Source of the DNA: an uncultured archaeon
GTDB taxonomy: Archaea > Aenigmatarchaeota > Aenigmatarchaeia > CG10238-14 > SCSR01
NCBI GenBank assembly: GCA_964581305.1
Contig: CAZONC010000001.1
Coordinates: forward strand, 1-54,474
Length of the DNA stretch: 54,474 bases
Direction: 5' to 3'
A model generated the notes under the pieces. It had not been told where the DNA came from and did no database searches. It saw only the letters and a list, made by a program, of their open reading frames with translations. The position numbers were made by a program, and so were the translations under genes. Below, one piece after another: positions 35,949 through 45,392 of this stretch (position 1 is the stretch's first letter; every line of letters begins with the position of its first letter).

Positions 35949-36392
35949 ATGAGCAAAGGGCAGACATTAATTGTTCAGTTTATAATTTTTTTCTTAGTTG
36001 GACTGTCGCTTTTTACAATTATAGGCAGTTTTTTTAAATTTCAAACAGACATTTTTAGGGAAGATGTAGCCAACGATTTTAGAAAATTATCGAATAGTTA
36101 TATATCAGCGATAGCAATAACTTTGTTTGACACGTGTAAAATGTGCGATAATGTAAATATAAGCGTAAAAATTCCTACTATGGCAGCCGACTATTTCCAC
36201 GATTTTGAAGTAGTGAATAATACCCTAAAAGTTACAAGCCGTCCTGGCGAAAATGCTATTACCACATCACTTCATAATTTAAATTGGACCATAAACCTAT
36301 CTGGTGGTGCACCATCAGCAAAGATAATAGTTTTAACAATAGAAAATAAAAATAAATTATTGAATATAAGCTGGCTTGAGCCAAAAAAATAA
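35949..36392 (+). CDS. pilin-like protein with class III signal peptide
   Basis: MSKG|QTLIVQFIIFFLVGLSLFTII N-terminus. Confidence 0.6.
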   Translation: MSKGQTLIVQFIIFFLVGLSLFTIIGSFFKFQTDIFREDVANDFRKLSNSYISAIAITLFDTCKMCDNVNISVKIPTMAADYFHDFEVVNNTLKVTSRPGENAITTSLHNLNWTINLSGGAPSAKIIVLTIENKNKLLNISWLEPKK

Positions 36393-36401
36393 TGTGAAAT
36401 T

Positions 36402-38153
36402 ATGGAAGCGGCAAAAAAAATATTTAAAAAATTCGTAAAAGGATATAAAATTTTATCAACCCCGCCAGAGAAAAAAATATCGCCAATTCCTGTGGAAATT
36501 GAAAAAATAAAACCACCTCTAAAGGTCCCTGAGGAGCCAAAAGAAAAGATTGAAAGAAAGATAAAAGAAATAAAGGCACTTGAAGGTGTGGAAATTCCTG
36601 AAGTAGAAGTAAGAAAAATAAAAATAATGCCAGAAATGGAAGCTGAGGAAAAACCACAATTTCTTATAACATATCCTCTCATACCTAGAAAACCGGCAAA
36701 AGGAGAGCCAATTTTTGCTTATGCAAGAATATCATGGGACCCAAGAGCTAGTCGATTTATATATGAAGTGGTTGAACCTGAATTAACACCTTATATTAGA
36801 AGCATCTTACAAAAAATAAAAGATCTACTCGAACAGAGATTGGATATTGACATTTCAAAAATGAAAAAAGTTGAGGCGACCGAATATCTAAACAAACAGA
36901 TATCAGAAATAATTAGTTATTTTGGTTTTAAGCTTACAGAAACAGAGCAAAAAATAATTAGATATTATATTGAAAGAGATTTCATCGGTCTAGGAAAAAT
37001 AGAACCACTTATGCAAGATCCACAAATCGAAGATATAAATTGCGATGGTGTAAAAATACCAATTTTCGTTTATCATAGAGATCCTAGATTGGCATCCATA
37101 ATAACAAATGTAAGTTTTGATGATGCAGATGAGCTTGATTCTTTCATAACGCGATTGGCCCAAATTTGTGGAAAGTCAATTTCTGTTGCACAACCGCTAC
37201 TTGATGCTACACTTCCGGATGGTTCAAGATTGCAAGCAACCTTGGGAACGGATATAGCGCGACGCGGAAGTAATTTCACTATAAGAAAGTTTACAGAGGA
37301 ACCACTTACACAAACTCACCTTATGAAATATGGTACTATTGATGCAAAAACACTTGCATATCTTTGGCTTTGTGTAGATTATGGCCGCAATATTTTGGTT
37401 TCAGGTGGAACTGCAAGTGGTAAAACGACTCTACTTAATGTTCTTTCGCTTTTCATCCGACCTGAAAAGAAAATAATCTCAATTGAAGATACAGCAGAAC
37501 TTCGCCTTCCACATCCGCATTGGGTACCAATGGTTGCACGAGCACCAATTTCTGTAGAAGGGAAAATTGGTGAGGTAGATATGTTTGATCTTCTGCGAGA
37601 AAGCTTTAGGCAAAGACCTGAACATCTAATAGTTGGTGAGGTAAGGGGAAGGGAAGCATTTATTCTATTTCAGCAAATGGCAACTGGTCATGCAGGCTTA
37701 GCAACTATACATGCCGAAAATATGTCAAAACTACTAGATAGGTTAATTACACCTCCAATATCACTTCCACCTAGCTTAATTACATCTGTGGATGTTATAG
37801 TTTTCCTAATGAGAGGACGATATAAAGACAGATTTGTCCGAAGAGTTAGCGAAGTACTTGAAATAGTGGATTATGATCCAAAAACAAAATTACCGATAGT
37901 TAACACAGTTTTTCGATGGAATCCTGTAAATGATAAAATAGAGGTTGTTGATAAAAGCATTGTGCTTAAGAGAATTTCAGAAGCAACCGGTATATCAGTA
38001 AACGATCTTGCTGAAGAAATGAGAAAAAGAACAATGATATTAAATTGGATGAGAGAAAAAAACATCCTAAATTATCAGGATGTTTATAAAATAATTAATA
38101 CATATTATCATTATCCACAAAGACTTCTTGCTGCAATAATGGGGGAAATGTAG
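36402..38153 (+). CDS. type II/IV secretion family ATPase (FlaI/TadA/VirB11-like pilus assembly ATPase)
   Basis: Walker A GGTASGKTTLLN, Asp box SIEDTAEL, Walker B LIVGEVRG, His box ATIHA. Lys/Glu/Pro-rich N-terminal extension. Confidence 0.85.
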   Translation: MEAAKKIFKKFVKGYKILSTPPEKKISPIPVEIEKIKPPLKVPEEPKEKIERKIKEIKALEGVEIPEVEVRKIKIMPEMEAEEKPQFLITYPLIPRKPAKGEPIFAYARISWDPRASRFIYEVVEPELTPYIRSILQKIKDLLEQRLDIDISKMKKVEATEYLNKQISEIISYFGFKLTETEQKIIRYYIERDFIGLGKIEPLMQDPQIEDINCDGVKIPIFVYHRDPRLASIITNVSFDDADELDSFITRLAQICGKSISVAQPLLDATLPDGSRLQATLGTDIARRGSNFTIRKFTEEPLTQTHLMKYGTIDAKTLAYLWLCVDYGRNILVSGGTASGKTTLLNVLSLFIRPEKKIISIEDTAELRLPHPHWVPMVARAPISVEGKIGEVDMFDLLRESFRQRPEHLIVGEVRGREAFILFQQMATGHAGLATIHAENMSKLLDRLITPPISLPPSLITSVDVIVFLMRGRYKDRFVRRVSEVLEIVDYDPKTKLPIVNTVFRWNPVNDKIEVVDKSIVLKRISEATGISVNDLAEEMRKRTMILNWMREKNILNYQDVYKIINTYYHYPQRLLAAIMGEM

Positions 38154-39022
38154 TGGGTTTTTATACAAAACTAGCCTTTCGATTGCTTGGTCCGGTGAGT
38201 GAAAGACTTGTCCCTTTTTTTGTAGATATAAAAAACGATTTAAGAAAAGCGAGAATGAAAACTTCTCTCCAAGAATATATATGCGTATCACTTCTCACAT
38301 CATTCATAATTTTTTTAGTTGAAACTCCCTTACTAACCTTTATTTTTTCTATATTGCTAAAAAATTTTCTGCTGGCGTTTTCCACAGCCATTACACTATC
38401 GATTTTTCTATCAATTGCATTTTTCTATTTTTTCCTCAATTATCCAAAAGCAATAATTAGAGATAGAAGTAAAAGATTAGAAGCAGAGCTTCCGTTCACT
38501 ACTTTGTATCTTTCAACAACAGCAGGATCAAAATTGCCACTTCATAAAATTTTTGAAATTTTTTCACGATTCAGCGGGTATAAAGAAACGGTGGAAGAAA
38601 TTAATTTAATCAATCAAGATATAAATGTTTTTGGATTTGATATAATTTCTGCGTTGGAAAGAGCAAGTGAAAGATCTCCTTCTAAAAAATTTACTGAATT
38701 GTTATGGGGCCTGCTCGCCACAACAAGAACAGGTGGTAATCTAGCTACATACCTTAAAGAAAAATCAAAGAATTTCATTGAAGACTACAGGAGAAAATTG
38801 TACGAATTTTCACACACTTTAACTATTTATATAGAAGTTTATTTGACTGCAATAATTTTAGGTGCCCTGTTCTTCATAATACTAACAGCAATTGTTTCTG
38901 GGATGGGAGGGGCACCAGTCAACATAATTTTCCTCCAATATTTTCTAACTTTTGTATTCATCCCCCTTATTTCCATATTGTTTATAATTATGGTAAAGGC
39001 ATCAGCACCAGGTGGTGAATAA
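38153..39022 (+). CDS. T2SSF-domain platform protein (TadB/FlaJ half)
   Basis: Polytopic protein with one cytoplasmic helical T2SSF-like domain (LPFTTLYLSTTAGSKLPL...ALERASERSPSKKFTELLW). GTG start overlaps the ATPase stop. Confidence 0.65.
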   Translation: MGFYTKLAFRLLGPVSERLVPFFVDIKNDLRKARMKTSLQEYICVSLLTSFIIFLVETPLLTFIFSILLKNFLLAFSTAITLSIFLSIAFFYFFLNYPKAIIRDRSKRLEAELPFTTLYLSTTAGSKLPLHKIFEIFSRFSGYKETVEEINLINQDINVFGFDIISALERASERSPSKKFTELLWGLLATTRTGGNLATYLKEKSKNFIEDYRRKLYEFSHTLTIYIEVYLTAIILGALFFIILTAIVSGMGGAPVNIIFLQYFLTFVFIPLISILFIIMVKASAPGGE

Positions 39023-39951
39023 TGCAAATTGAAGTATCGAAAGAAATGAAAACTCTTCTGACAACATTAGCCATATCTGCAGTCTTAATTGCAATTGGAA
39101 AATTAAGTGGTCAAATTGGTGTGCTAGGAAATATGATAATTCTTTCTGTTCTTATTATTACAATTCCCCAATTTTTCATGGTATATATGCGATATAGGGA
39201 TATACGCGAAATGGAAGAACAATTCCCCCATTTCCTAAGAGACCTAACAGAAAATATTGCATCCGGCATGCCACTTTCCAAAGCAATCACAGTTGCAAGT
39301 AAAATTAGATATGGTGCGCTTTCAAAAGAAATAAAGAAAATGGCGAACCAGATAAGTTGGGGGATGAGTACAGAAAAGGTGCTAGATCAATTTGCTGAAA
39401 GAGTTAAAAAAAGTAATCGGCTTTTTACAGCTACACGAATAATAAGAGAGTGTTATACTTCCGGGGGAGATATTGTTTCTATTCTTGATTCGGTTGCGGA
39501 TTCGTGTGTGCTACTTCAAGAATCACAAAAAGAAAGAAAAATGATTTTAAATCAATATACAGTAATAATATATGCTGTGTCCATAATCTTCCTCATAATC
39601 ATTGCTGCGTTAAATAGATTTCTTATACCAATTTTCAGAATGCCAATTGGTGAGGCTAGTATGGGTTTAACAAATCCGTGTGCGAGTTGCTTTGGTATAG
39701 CATGTTCTTTTTGTGGATTGAATGAAGCCGTTGCACATAATATATTTGGAGTCGATCCACATTCAATTGGTGCCTATTATTTATCACTATTTTTCTTTAT
39801 CGCGCTCGTTCAATCATTTTTCGGTGGATTAATTGCTGGCCAAATAGCAGAAGGCTCTTTAACTGCAGGATTAAAACATAGCATGATATTGGTTGTTATA
39901 GTTTTTGGTGCATTTAGTATTTTTGTTCAACTAAAGCTGGTTGGTGTATAA
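39022..39951 (+). CDS. T2SSF-domain platform protein (TadC/FlaJ half)
   Basis: FPHFLRDLTENIASGMPLSKAI...VLDQFAERV is T2SSF-like. Flanking TM helices. TAATG overlap with the previous gene. Confidence 0.65.
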   Translation: MQIEVSKEMKTLLTTLAISAVLIAIGKLSGQIGVLGNMIILSVLIITIPQFFMVYMRYRDIREMEEQFPHFLRDLTENIASGMPLSKAITVASKIRYGALSKEIKKMANQISWGMSTEKVLDQFAERVKKSNRLFTATRIIRECYTSGGDIVSILDSVADSCVLLQESQKERKMILNQYTVIIYAVSIIFLIIIAALNRFLIPIFRMPIGEASMGLTNPCASCFGIACSFCGLNEAVAHNIFGVDPHSIGAYYLSLFFFIALVQSFFGGLIAGQIAEGSLTAGLKHSMILVVIVFGAFSIFVQLKLVGV

Positions 39952-40439
39952 TGAAAGGTCAACTTCCGCTAGATTATGTAATTGCTTTATTACTATTTAT
40001 TATGTTTATCGGATTTATTTTTATTCAATCAAGAACTTATACACCGACTTATCTCCGAGAATTAAGATTGCAAAAATTGCGGGCCGAGGCCTATCAAATA
40101 TCTGAAATGTTAATTAATGATCAGGGTGAACCATCTAATTGGGAAAGTAGCCAGGATGTAAAGAGAATTGGTTTTGCTTCCAACAGTTATCAATTAAATA
40201 ATTTATCAATGGCAAAAATAAGAAAATTCAACACCATTTGTAAAGGCTTTAATGGATATGCTAATGCTACATCATTAATTGCCACAGAAAACGATTTTGC
40301 TCTTATAATAAGAAATGAAACGACGGTTTTAGTTAATTGCACATCTCCAAACGCACCAAAAGCTTTAGCGGCTGAAATTGTTCGAATCGTTTATTTCGAT
40401 GACCGCACATACGGAATGCTTTCACTCAAAATATGGTGA
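39951..40439 (+). CDS. pilin-like protein with class III signal peptide
   Basis: MKG|QLPLDYVIALLLFIMFIGFIFI N-terminus. TAATG overlap with the upstream gene. Confidence 0.6.
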   Translation: MKGQLPLDYVIALLLFIMFIGFIFIQSRTYTPTYLRELRLQKLRAEAYQISEMLINDQGEPSNWESSQDVKRIGFASNSYQLNNLSMAKIRKFNTICKGFNGYANATSLIATENDFALIIRNETTVLVNCTSPNAPKALAAEIVRIVYFDDRTYGMLSLKIW

Positions 40440-40443
40440 TAAA

Positions 40444-41313
40444 ATGAAAGGACAAATGGGGATAATAGAAATGATAATTTCGGCTGTGGCATTACTAGTT
40501 GCACTTACTATTTTATTTCCCGTTTTCTCTTATTCAACAAGATGGCCAGATGCGCTTATTATGCTAAAAGGCAGGGATATTGTTTCGACAATCTATCGTC
40601 TTGATAAACTTTACAACTATTCGTTCAATGATGCAGAACTAAGGGGTTTTTTAGAAAAAGTTAATATAACGAATCTCATATACTTTTCAGAGATAAGTGG
40701 AACTTTCAATTCACAAATTTATGTTGGTTTCAATTGTACAAAAGAAGAGGTTGATGCACGAAATCTAAAAAATTTGACAAAAAATATAAACGTAAATGGA
40801 AGAACAATTAATCTCGAATTTGGCTATAATTTTGGGCTGATAAATATATCTGAATGGGTAGATGTACTTTTTATCTGTAATCCGGTTGAGCCATCATATG
40901 AAATTAACGAAAGCCTGAAAAATTACATTAAAAGTGGCGGTGGTATTATAAGTGATAATTTATCTAATCTAAACATATTTAAAGAATTATTTGGCAATGA
41001 AGAAGAAGATACAAGCCCAGGAACTGTTAAGTATTTGGCGTGGAAAGTTTATAACAAAATTCTAAATGGTACTTACAATATTTCACAATTTAACTCATCT
41101 ACACATGTACTTAAAAATGCACCTATTGGCTTATCAAATAATAATAATATAACAGTTTCTCTCCTTCTTGCAGCCAGCAAAAAAGAATTTTACGTTTTAT
41201 CCCCAGAAATAGCAAAATTAAAAATCGGTTATATAACTTCCTATATAAATGTTGAAAATAAAAACATGTTCGAAATTTATCAATTTAGGCTTGGTCTTGG
41301 CTATCCATTTTAA
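40444..41313 (+). CDS. pilin-like protein with class III signal peptide
   Basis: MKG|QMGIIEMIISAVALLVALTILF at ATG 40444. The ORF-track start at 40378 is an extension overlapping the previous gene. Confidence 0.6.
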   Translation: MKGQMGIIEMIISAVALLVALTILFPVFSYSTRWPDALIMLKGRDIVSTIYRLDKLYNYSFNDAELRGFLEKVNITNLIYFSEISGTFNSQIYVGFNCTKEEVDARNLKNLTKNINVNGRTINLEFGYNFGLINISEWVDVLFICNPVEPSYEINESLKNYIKSGGGIISDNLSNLNIFKELFGNEEEDTSPGTVKYLAWKVYNKILNGTYNISQFNSSTHVLKNAPIGLSNNNNITVSLLLAASKKEFYVLSPEIAKLKIGYITSYINVENKNMFEIYQFRLGLGYPF

Positions 41314-43191
41314 TTATCTTAGCCGTATACTCTCTAAATTTTTAGGTGCCACAGTTTCTATTCTGAAAAATTTATGAATGGCTTTCGCAAGATCGATTGC
41401 TTTTTGATTTTCACCATGAACCACAATTATTTTGCTTGGTTTTGTTGAAAGTCGATTAATATAACTTAATAATTGATTTCGATCGCTGTGACCCGATAGA
41501 CCATCAATGGTTACAACTTCCATATTTAGATTTACCGTCGTCATTTTTCCATTTTCTAATTTCACAGGAATTTCTTTCCACCCTTTTTGAATGCGACGAC
41601 CAAAAGTCCCTTCCGACTGATAACCAACGAATATCAAAGTACTTTTTGGATCTTCAGCTAACCATTGCAAATAATTCATTGCTGGCCCACCAGTTAACAT
41701 CCCACTTGTTGAAATTATAACACATGGTTTTTGATCAATAACCTTTTCCCTGTCTGGTGCCGATGCAACCCTTTTAAATATTTCACTTTTGAATGGGTCC
41801 TGTCCGCTAAAAATTTTTCTTTGCATAGAGTGAGAAAGATATTCTGGGTAGGCAGTATATATTCCTGTGGCATCCCAAATCATTCCATCTATAAAAACTG
41901 GATACTGAAAATTATTTTCTACAAGAATTGCCATCACATCCTGTGCTCGCTCAACTGCAAATGATGGAATTAGGCATGCTCCACCCCTTTCCATAGTTCT
42001 ATTAATTACATCCACTAGTTGTTGTTCTGCCTCCTGTCGAGGTGGCATTATATCGTTCGTACCACCATATGTTGACTCGATTATAAGTGTTTCCACACGC
42101 TGAAAATTTGTAAAGGCGGGGTCAAGCAAAGTTGTTCGACCATACTTTATATCAGATGCATATACTATGTTATGTAGCCCCTCACCTATATGTAAATGTA
42201 TTAATGCAGAACCCAAAATATGTCCTGCATTTTGAAAAGTTAGTCGAACATCTGGCGCAATATCCGAAACTTCACCATATTCCAATGCTACTGAGCGCTT
42301 AACAGCTTCTTTCACGCCCTTAACAGTAAAAAATGGCTCTATCCCGCTTCTTTGCATAACATCAATGTAATCAAGCCATAACAATGTTGCGAGATCTATT
42401 GTTGGTGTCGTAAGATAGAGCGGTCCACTAAATCCTCTTTCATATAATGCTGGAACGAAACCCAAGTGATCTAAATGTGAATGGGAAACAACTATCGCAT
42501 CTAACTCCGTATAATCAAATTCCTTTGTAGTAAGTATGGGATAAACACCTGAGTTGCTGCCACCAACATTCACCCCACAATCTATTAATATTTTCGATTT
42601 TGGCGTTTCAACCAAAAAACAACTTCTTCCAACTTCTCTGCATGCACCAAACCCTATGACGCGTATCCAATCTCGTGGTGTTTTGCGTTCAGAAAAAATA
42701 TTTTTACCTATTTCATTTAAAAATTCCTTTCTAAATTTAACCTCTGTATGCAAAACTTTTCTTATACCCTCGATAATATCAGACTTTATCGGTGGTACTC
42801 GCTCTATTCTGGGTACCCAAAACGTTTCTGAACGAATTTTTCTAAATGTTTCCCCACCTTTTCCTATTACTAATCCTGGCTTTTCAGCTGCAATTATGAC
42901 TATGCTTCGTTCAGGCTCAAAATAAATATCTTTTATATTTGCATCTTTGGGAACTATCTCCAAAATTTTTTCTTTTGTTTTTTCTTCATCAAGCATTAAC
43001 TCAATATCTGGCCTTATTTCAATTCTTTTCTTAATTTGCTCTACAACACCCCTTACCACATCTTCATGTGTTCTGAAAAATTCTCTATCTTTTGTATAAA
43101 CAATTATTTCCGAACCTTCCAATTCTATCCTACTTACAACTCCACTTGGCAAAAGATTTTTTACTTTTTCTAGAATTTCCATTTTTTTCAC
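41314..43191 (-). CDS. fttA: aCPSF1/FttA beta-CASP ribonuclease with N-terminal KH domains
   Basis: Two KH-like segments (GLVIGKGGETFRKI), the metallo-beta-lactamase motif HSHLDHLG and beta-CASP motifs. 625 aa. Confidence 0.9.
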   Translation of the reverse strand: MKKMEILEKVKNLLPSGVVSRIELEGSEIIVYTKDREFFRTHEDVVRGVVEQIKKRIEIRPDIELMLDEEKTKEKILEIVPKDANIKDIYFEPERSIVIIAAEKPGLVIGKGGETFRKIRSETFWVPRIERVPPIKSDIIEGIRKVLHTEVKFRKEFLNEIGKNIFSERKTPRDWIRVIGFGACREVGRSCFLVETPKSKILIDCGVNVGGSNSGVYPILTTKEFDYTELDAIVVSHSHLDHLGFVPALYERGFSGPLYLTTPTIDLATLLWLDYIDVMQRSGIEPFFTVKGVKEAVKRSVALEYGEVSDIAPDVRLTFQNAGHILGSALIHLHIGEGLHNIVYASDIKYGRTTLLDPAFTNFQRVETLIIESTYGGTNDIMPPRQEAEQQLVDVINRTMERGGACLIPSFAVERAQDVMAILVENNFQYPVFIDGMIWDATGIYTAYPEYLSHSMQRKIFSGQDPFKSEIFKRVASAPDREKVIDQKPCVIISTSGMLTGGPAMNYLQWLAEDPKSTLIFVGYQSEGTFGRRIQKGWKEIPVKLENGKMTTVNLNMEVVTIDGLSGHSDRNQLLSYINRLSTKPSKIIVVHGENQKAIDLAKAIHKFFRIETVAPKNLESIRLR

Positions 43192-43207
43192 TAAAAAAAT
43201 ATTTAAC

Positions 43208-43831
43208 TTATAGCTCGTGTCGTGTAATTTTAATTCCTTCTTTTGTTATTGTAGCAACATCAATTGCTTTCCCTCCAGATGCTATATCTCGCTCAATTGC
43301 AGCCTTTATGGCCTTTATAGCAAGTTTGACTCCTTCTGCAACTGATATCCCATCTTTATAATCACTTTCTAACACACCTAAAGCTATAGGTGAACCTGAT
43401 CCTGTGGAAAAGAATTTTTTCTCTTCTTCAGTTCCACCGATTGGGTCTAGTGTAAATATTGATGGACCAGAATCGTCGTACCCAGCCAAAATTAATTGAA
43501 CATAAAAAGGAAATATTTTGCTTCCTTGCAAAATATTTGCAAGCAATGTTGCTGCACCTCGTACAGAAATTTTTCTCTTATTTTGAATTGAAAATAACTT
43601 TAGCTCGGCTTTCATGTATCTTGCCAGTATCTGTGCATCACCTTCTGCACCGGCTGTTGTCATTGCAATATGATCTTCAAGTGGATATATTTTTTCAGAT
43701 TCCTTGCTAGCAACAAGATACCCAATAGTAGATTTTTTTTCTGCAGCTAAAACAACACCATCTTTACAAATTATTCCTACAGTTGTTGTTCCGCTTTTCA
43801 ATATTTTTGGTTCGCCTTTTGTCATAATCAC
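43208..43831 (-). CDS. psmB: proteasome beta subunit
   Basis: Propeptide followed by the active-site GTTTVGI. 207 aa. Confidence 0.9.
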   Translation of the reverse strand: MIMTKGEPKILKSGTTTVGIICKDGVVLAAEKKSTIGYLVASKESEKIYPLEDHIAMTTAGAEGDAQILARYMKAELKLFSIQNKRKISVRGAATLLANILQGSKIFPFYVQLILAGYDDSGPSIFTLDPIGGTEEEKKFFSTGSGSPIALGVLESDYKDGISVAEGVKLAIKAIKAAIERDIASGGKAIDVATITKEGIKITRHEL

Positions 43832-43876
43832 CAGAAGGATAATTTAATTTATGCAATTTAGTTTAAATATCTTTTG

Positions 43877-45334
43877 TTAGTACTCCTTTGCTATATAAAC
43901 AACTTGATTTGCTTTTTGGCCACACCAAATGCACTTTCCAAAAACTTTTTCTTTTTTCCCGAATAATGTTCCCCTTATTTTCCCACCTTCAGTTTCAGAC
44001 TTAATATAATCAGCACATTCTTTTCTGCCACACCAGTTTACTTTTATTAACCCACCTCTTTCATTCAGAATTTTTTTCACTTCATCAAATGTCTTTGCTT
44101 GATAAATGTTCGATTTGAAAAATTCATCTGCTTTTTCTACTAATTTTTTTTGTATATCGTCAAGTGTTTTTTTGGCTTTATTTACAATATTCTTTCGCTC
44201 TACTTTTATTTTGTTTTTCTCATCACGCCGTACAAAAATAACTTGTCTTTTTTTCACATCATCCGGCCCAACCTCTATTCTTAGTGGAACGCCTTTTAAT
44301 TCCCAGTAATTGTATTTCCATCCAGGTGTAAATTCTTTTCTTAGATCAACATCTGCTCTTATTCCATTTTTCTCAAGTTCTTCTTTGATTTTTTTACATT
44401 CATTTACAACTCTCTTTTCTTGGGTTTTTGTATAAAATATTGGTATGATAATTATTTGAATCGGCGAAACTGCAGGTGGAAGTATAAGGCCTTTATCGTC
44501 GCCGTGTAATGCCACCATTGCACCAAAAATTCTCCAAATACATGGTCCATAGCAAGTTTGCCAAACATATTTTTCTTTATTATCCTTATCAGTAAATTTA
44601 ATATTAAAAGCGCGGGAAAAGTTTTGACCCAGAAAATGTGTTGATGGTAATTGTATCACACGACCATCCGGCATTATGGTATCTGCTGCAAACGTACTTA
44701 CCGCGCCTTTAAATTTATCATGTTGTGGCCTTTCGAAAAATAGAAATGGTATACCAAATTTTTTATGCATTATTTCTTCTGTAATTTCCATATCTTCTTT
44801 AACTTGTTGAAGCGCTTCTTTTTCAGTTGCAAAAACATCGTGCGCTTCAATCCAGTAAAATTCACGCCCTCTAATAAAAGGTCTTGTATAACTTTCATAT
44901 CTCCATACCTGACAGCTTTGATATGTTTTAAAAGGCAAATCACGCCAACTTCTAATCCACAACGAAAATATGCTGTACATTGCAGTTTCTGATGTTGGGC
45001 GAAGTGCAAGTTTTTCCTCTAATTTTTTATAATCGCTTCCGCCTTCTGTTACCCAAAAAACCTCAGCTGAAAATTCTGCATGCTCGCGCTCTTTTTTCAA
45101 AAATGACTCGGGAATTATTGATGGAAACCAAACCGGTTCATGCCCTCTTTTTTCCAGTTCATTTTCAAAAAAATTATACATATTTTTCATTGTTCGCACA
45201 GCCCATGGCATGTGTACTAAAAAGCCCTTTACATTATAGCGAATATCAGCTAATTCGGCCTTTTGTATAACTTGTGTATACCATTCCGAAAAATTCTCTG
45301 ACTTTTTAACTGTAATTCCTTCTTCTACAGCCAT
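43877..45334 (-). CDS. proS: prolyl-tRNA synthetase (archaeal/eukaryotic type)
   Basis: FSEWYTQVIQKAEL...VKGFLVHMPWA start, class II motifs, C-terminal Cys-rich zinc domain ending in Tyr. Confidence 0.9.
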   Translation of the reverse strand: MAVEEGITVKKSENFSEWYTQVIQKAELADIRYNVKGFLVHMPWAVRTMKNMYNFFENELEKRGHEPVWFPSIIPESFLKKEREHAEFSAEVFWVTEGGSDYKKLEEKLALRPTSETAMYSIFSLWIRSWRDLPFKTYQSCQVWRYESYTRPFIRGREFYWIEAHDVFATEKEALQQVKEDMEITEEIMHKKFGIPFLFFERPQHDKFKGAVSTFAADTIMPDGRVIQLPSTHFLGQNFSRAFNIKFTDKDNKEKYVWQTCYGPCIWRIFGAMVALHGDDKGLILPPAVSPIQIIIIPIFYTKTQEKRVVNECKKIKEELEKNGIRADVDLRKEFTPGWKYNYWELKGVPLRIEVGPDDVKKRQVIFVRRDEKNKIKVERKNIVNKAKKTLDDIQKKLVEKADEFFKSNIYQAKTFDEVKKILNERGGLIKVNWCGRKECADYIKSETEGGKIRGTLFGKKEKVFGKCIWCGQKANQVVYIAKEY

Positions 45335-45392
45335 AATTATTATTTGATTCTATTCACAATTTAAATAAATTTAATGCAATATTATACTACGT

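Noticed and set aside
40378-40443. Upstream extension of the last pilin-like gene (ORF-track start 40378)
   Set aside because: The extension overlaps the previous gene by 62 nt. The ATG at 40444 gives the same MKGQ class III signal start as its three neighbours.
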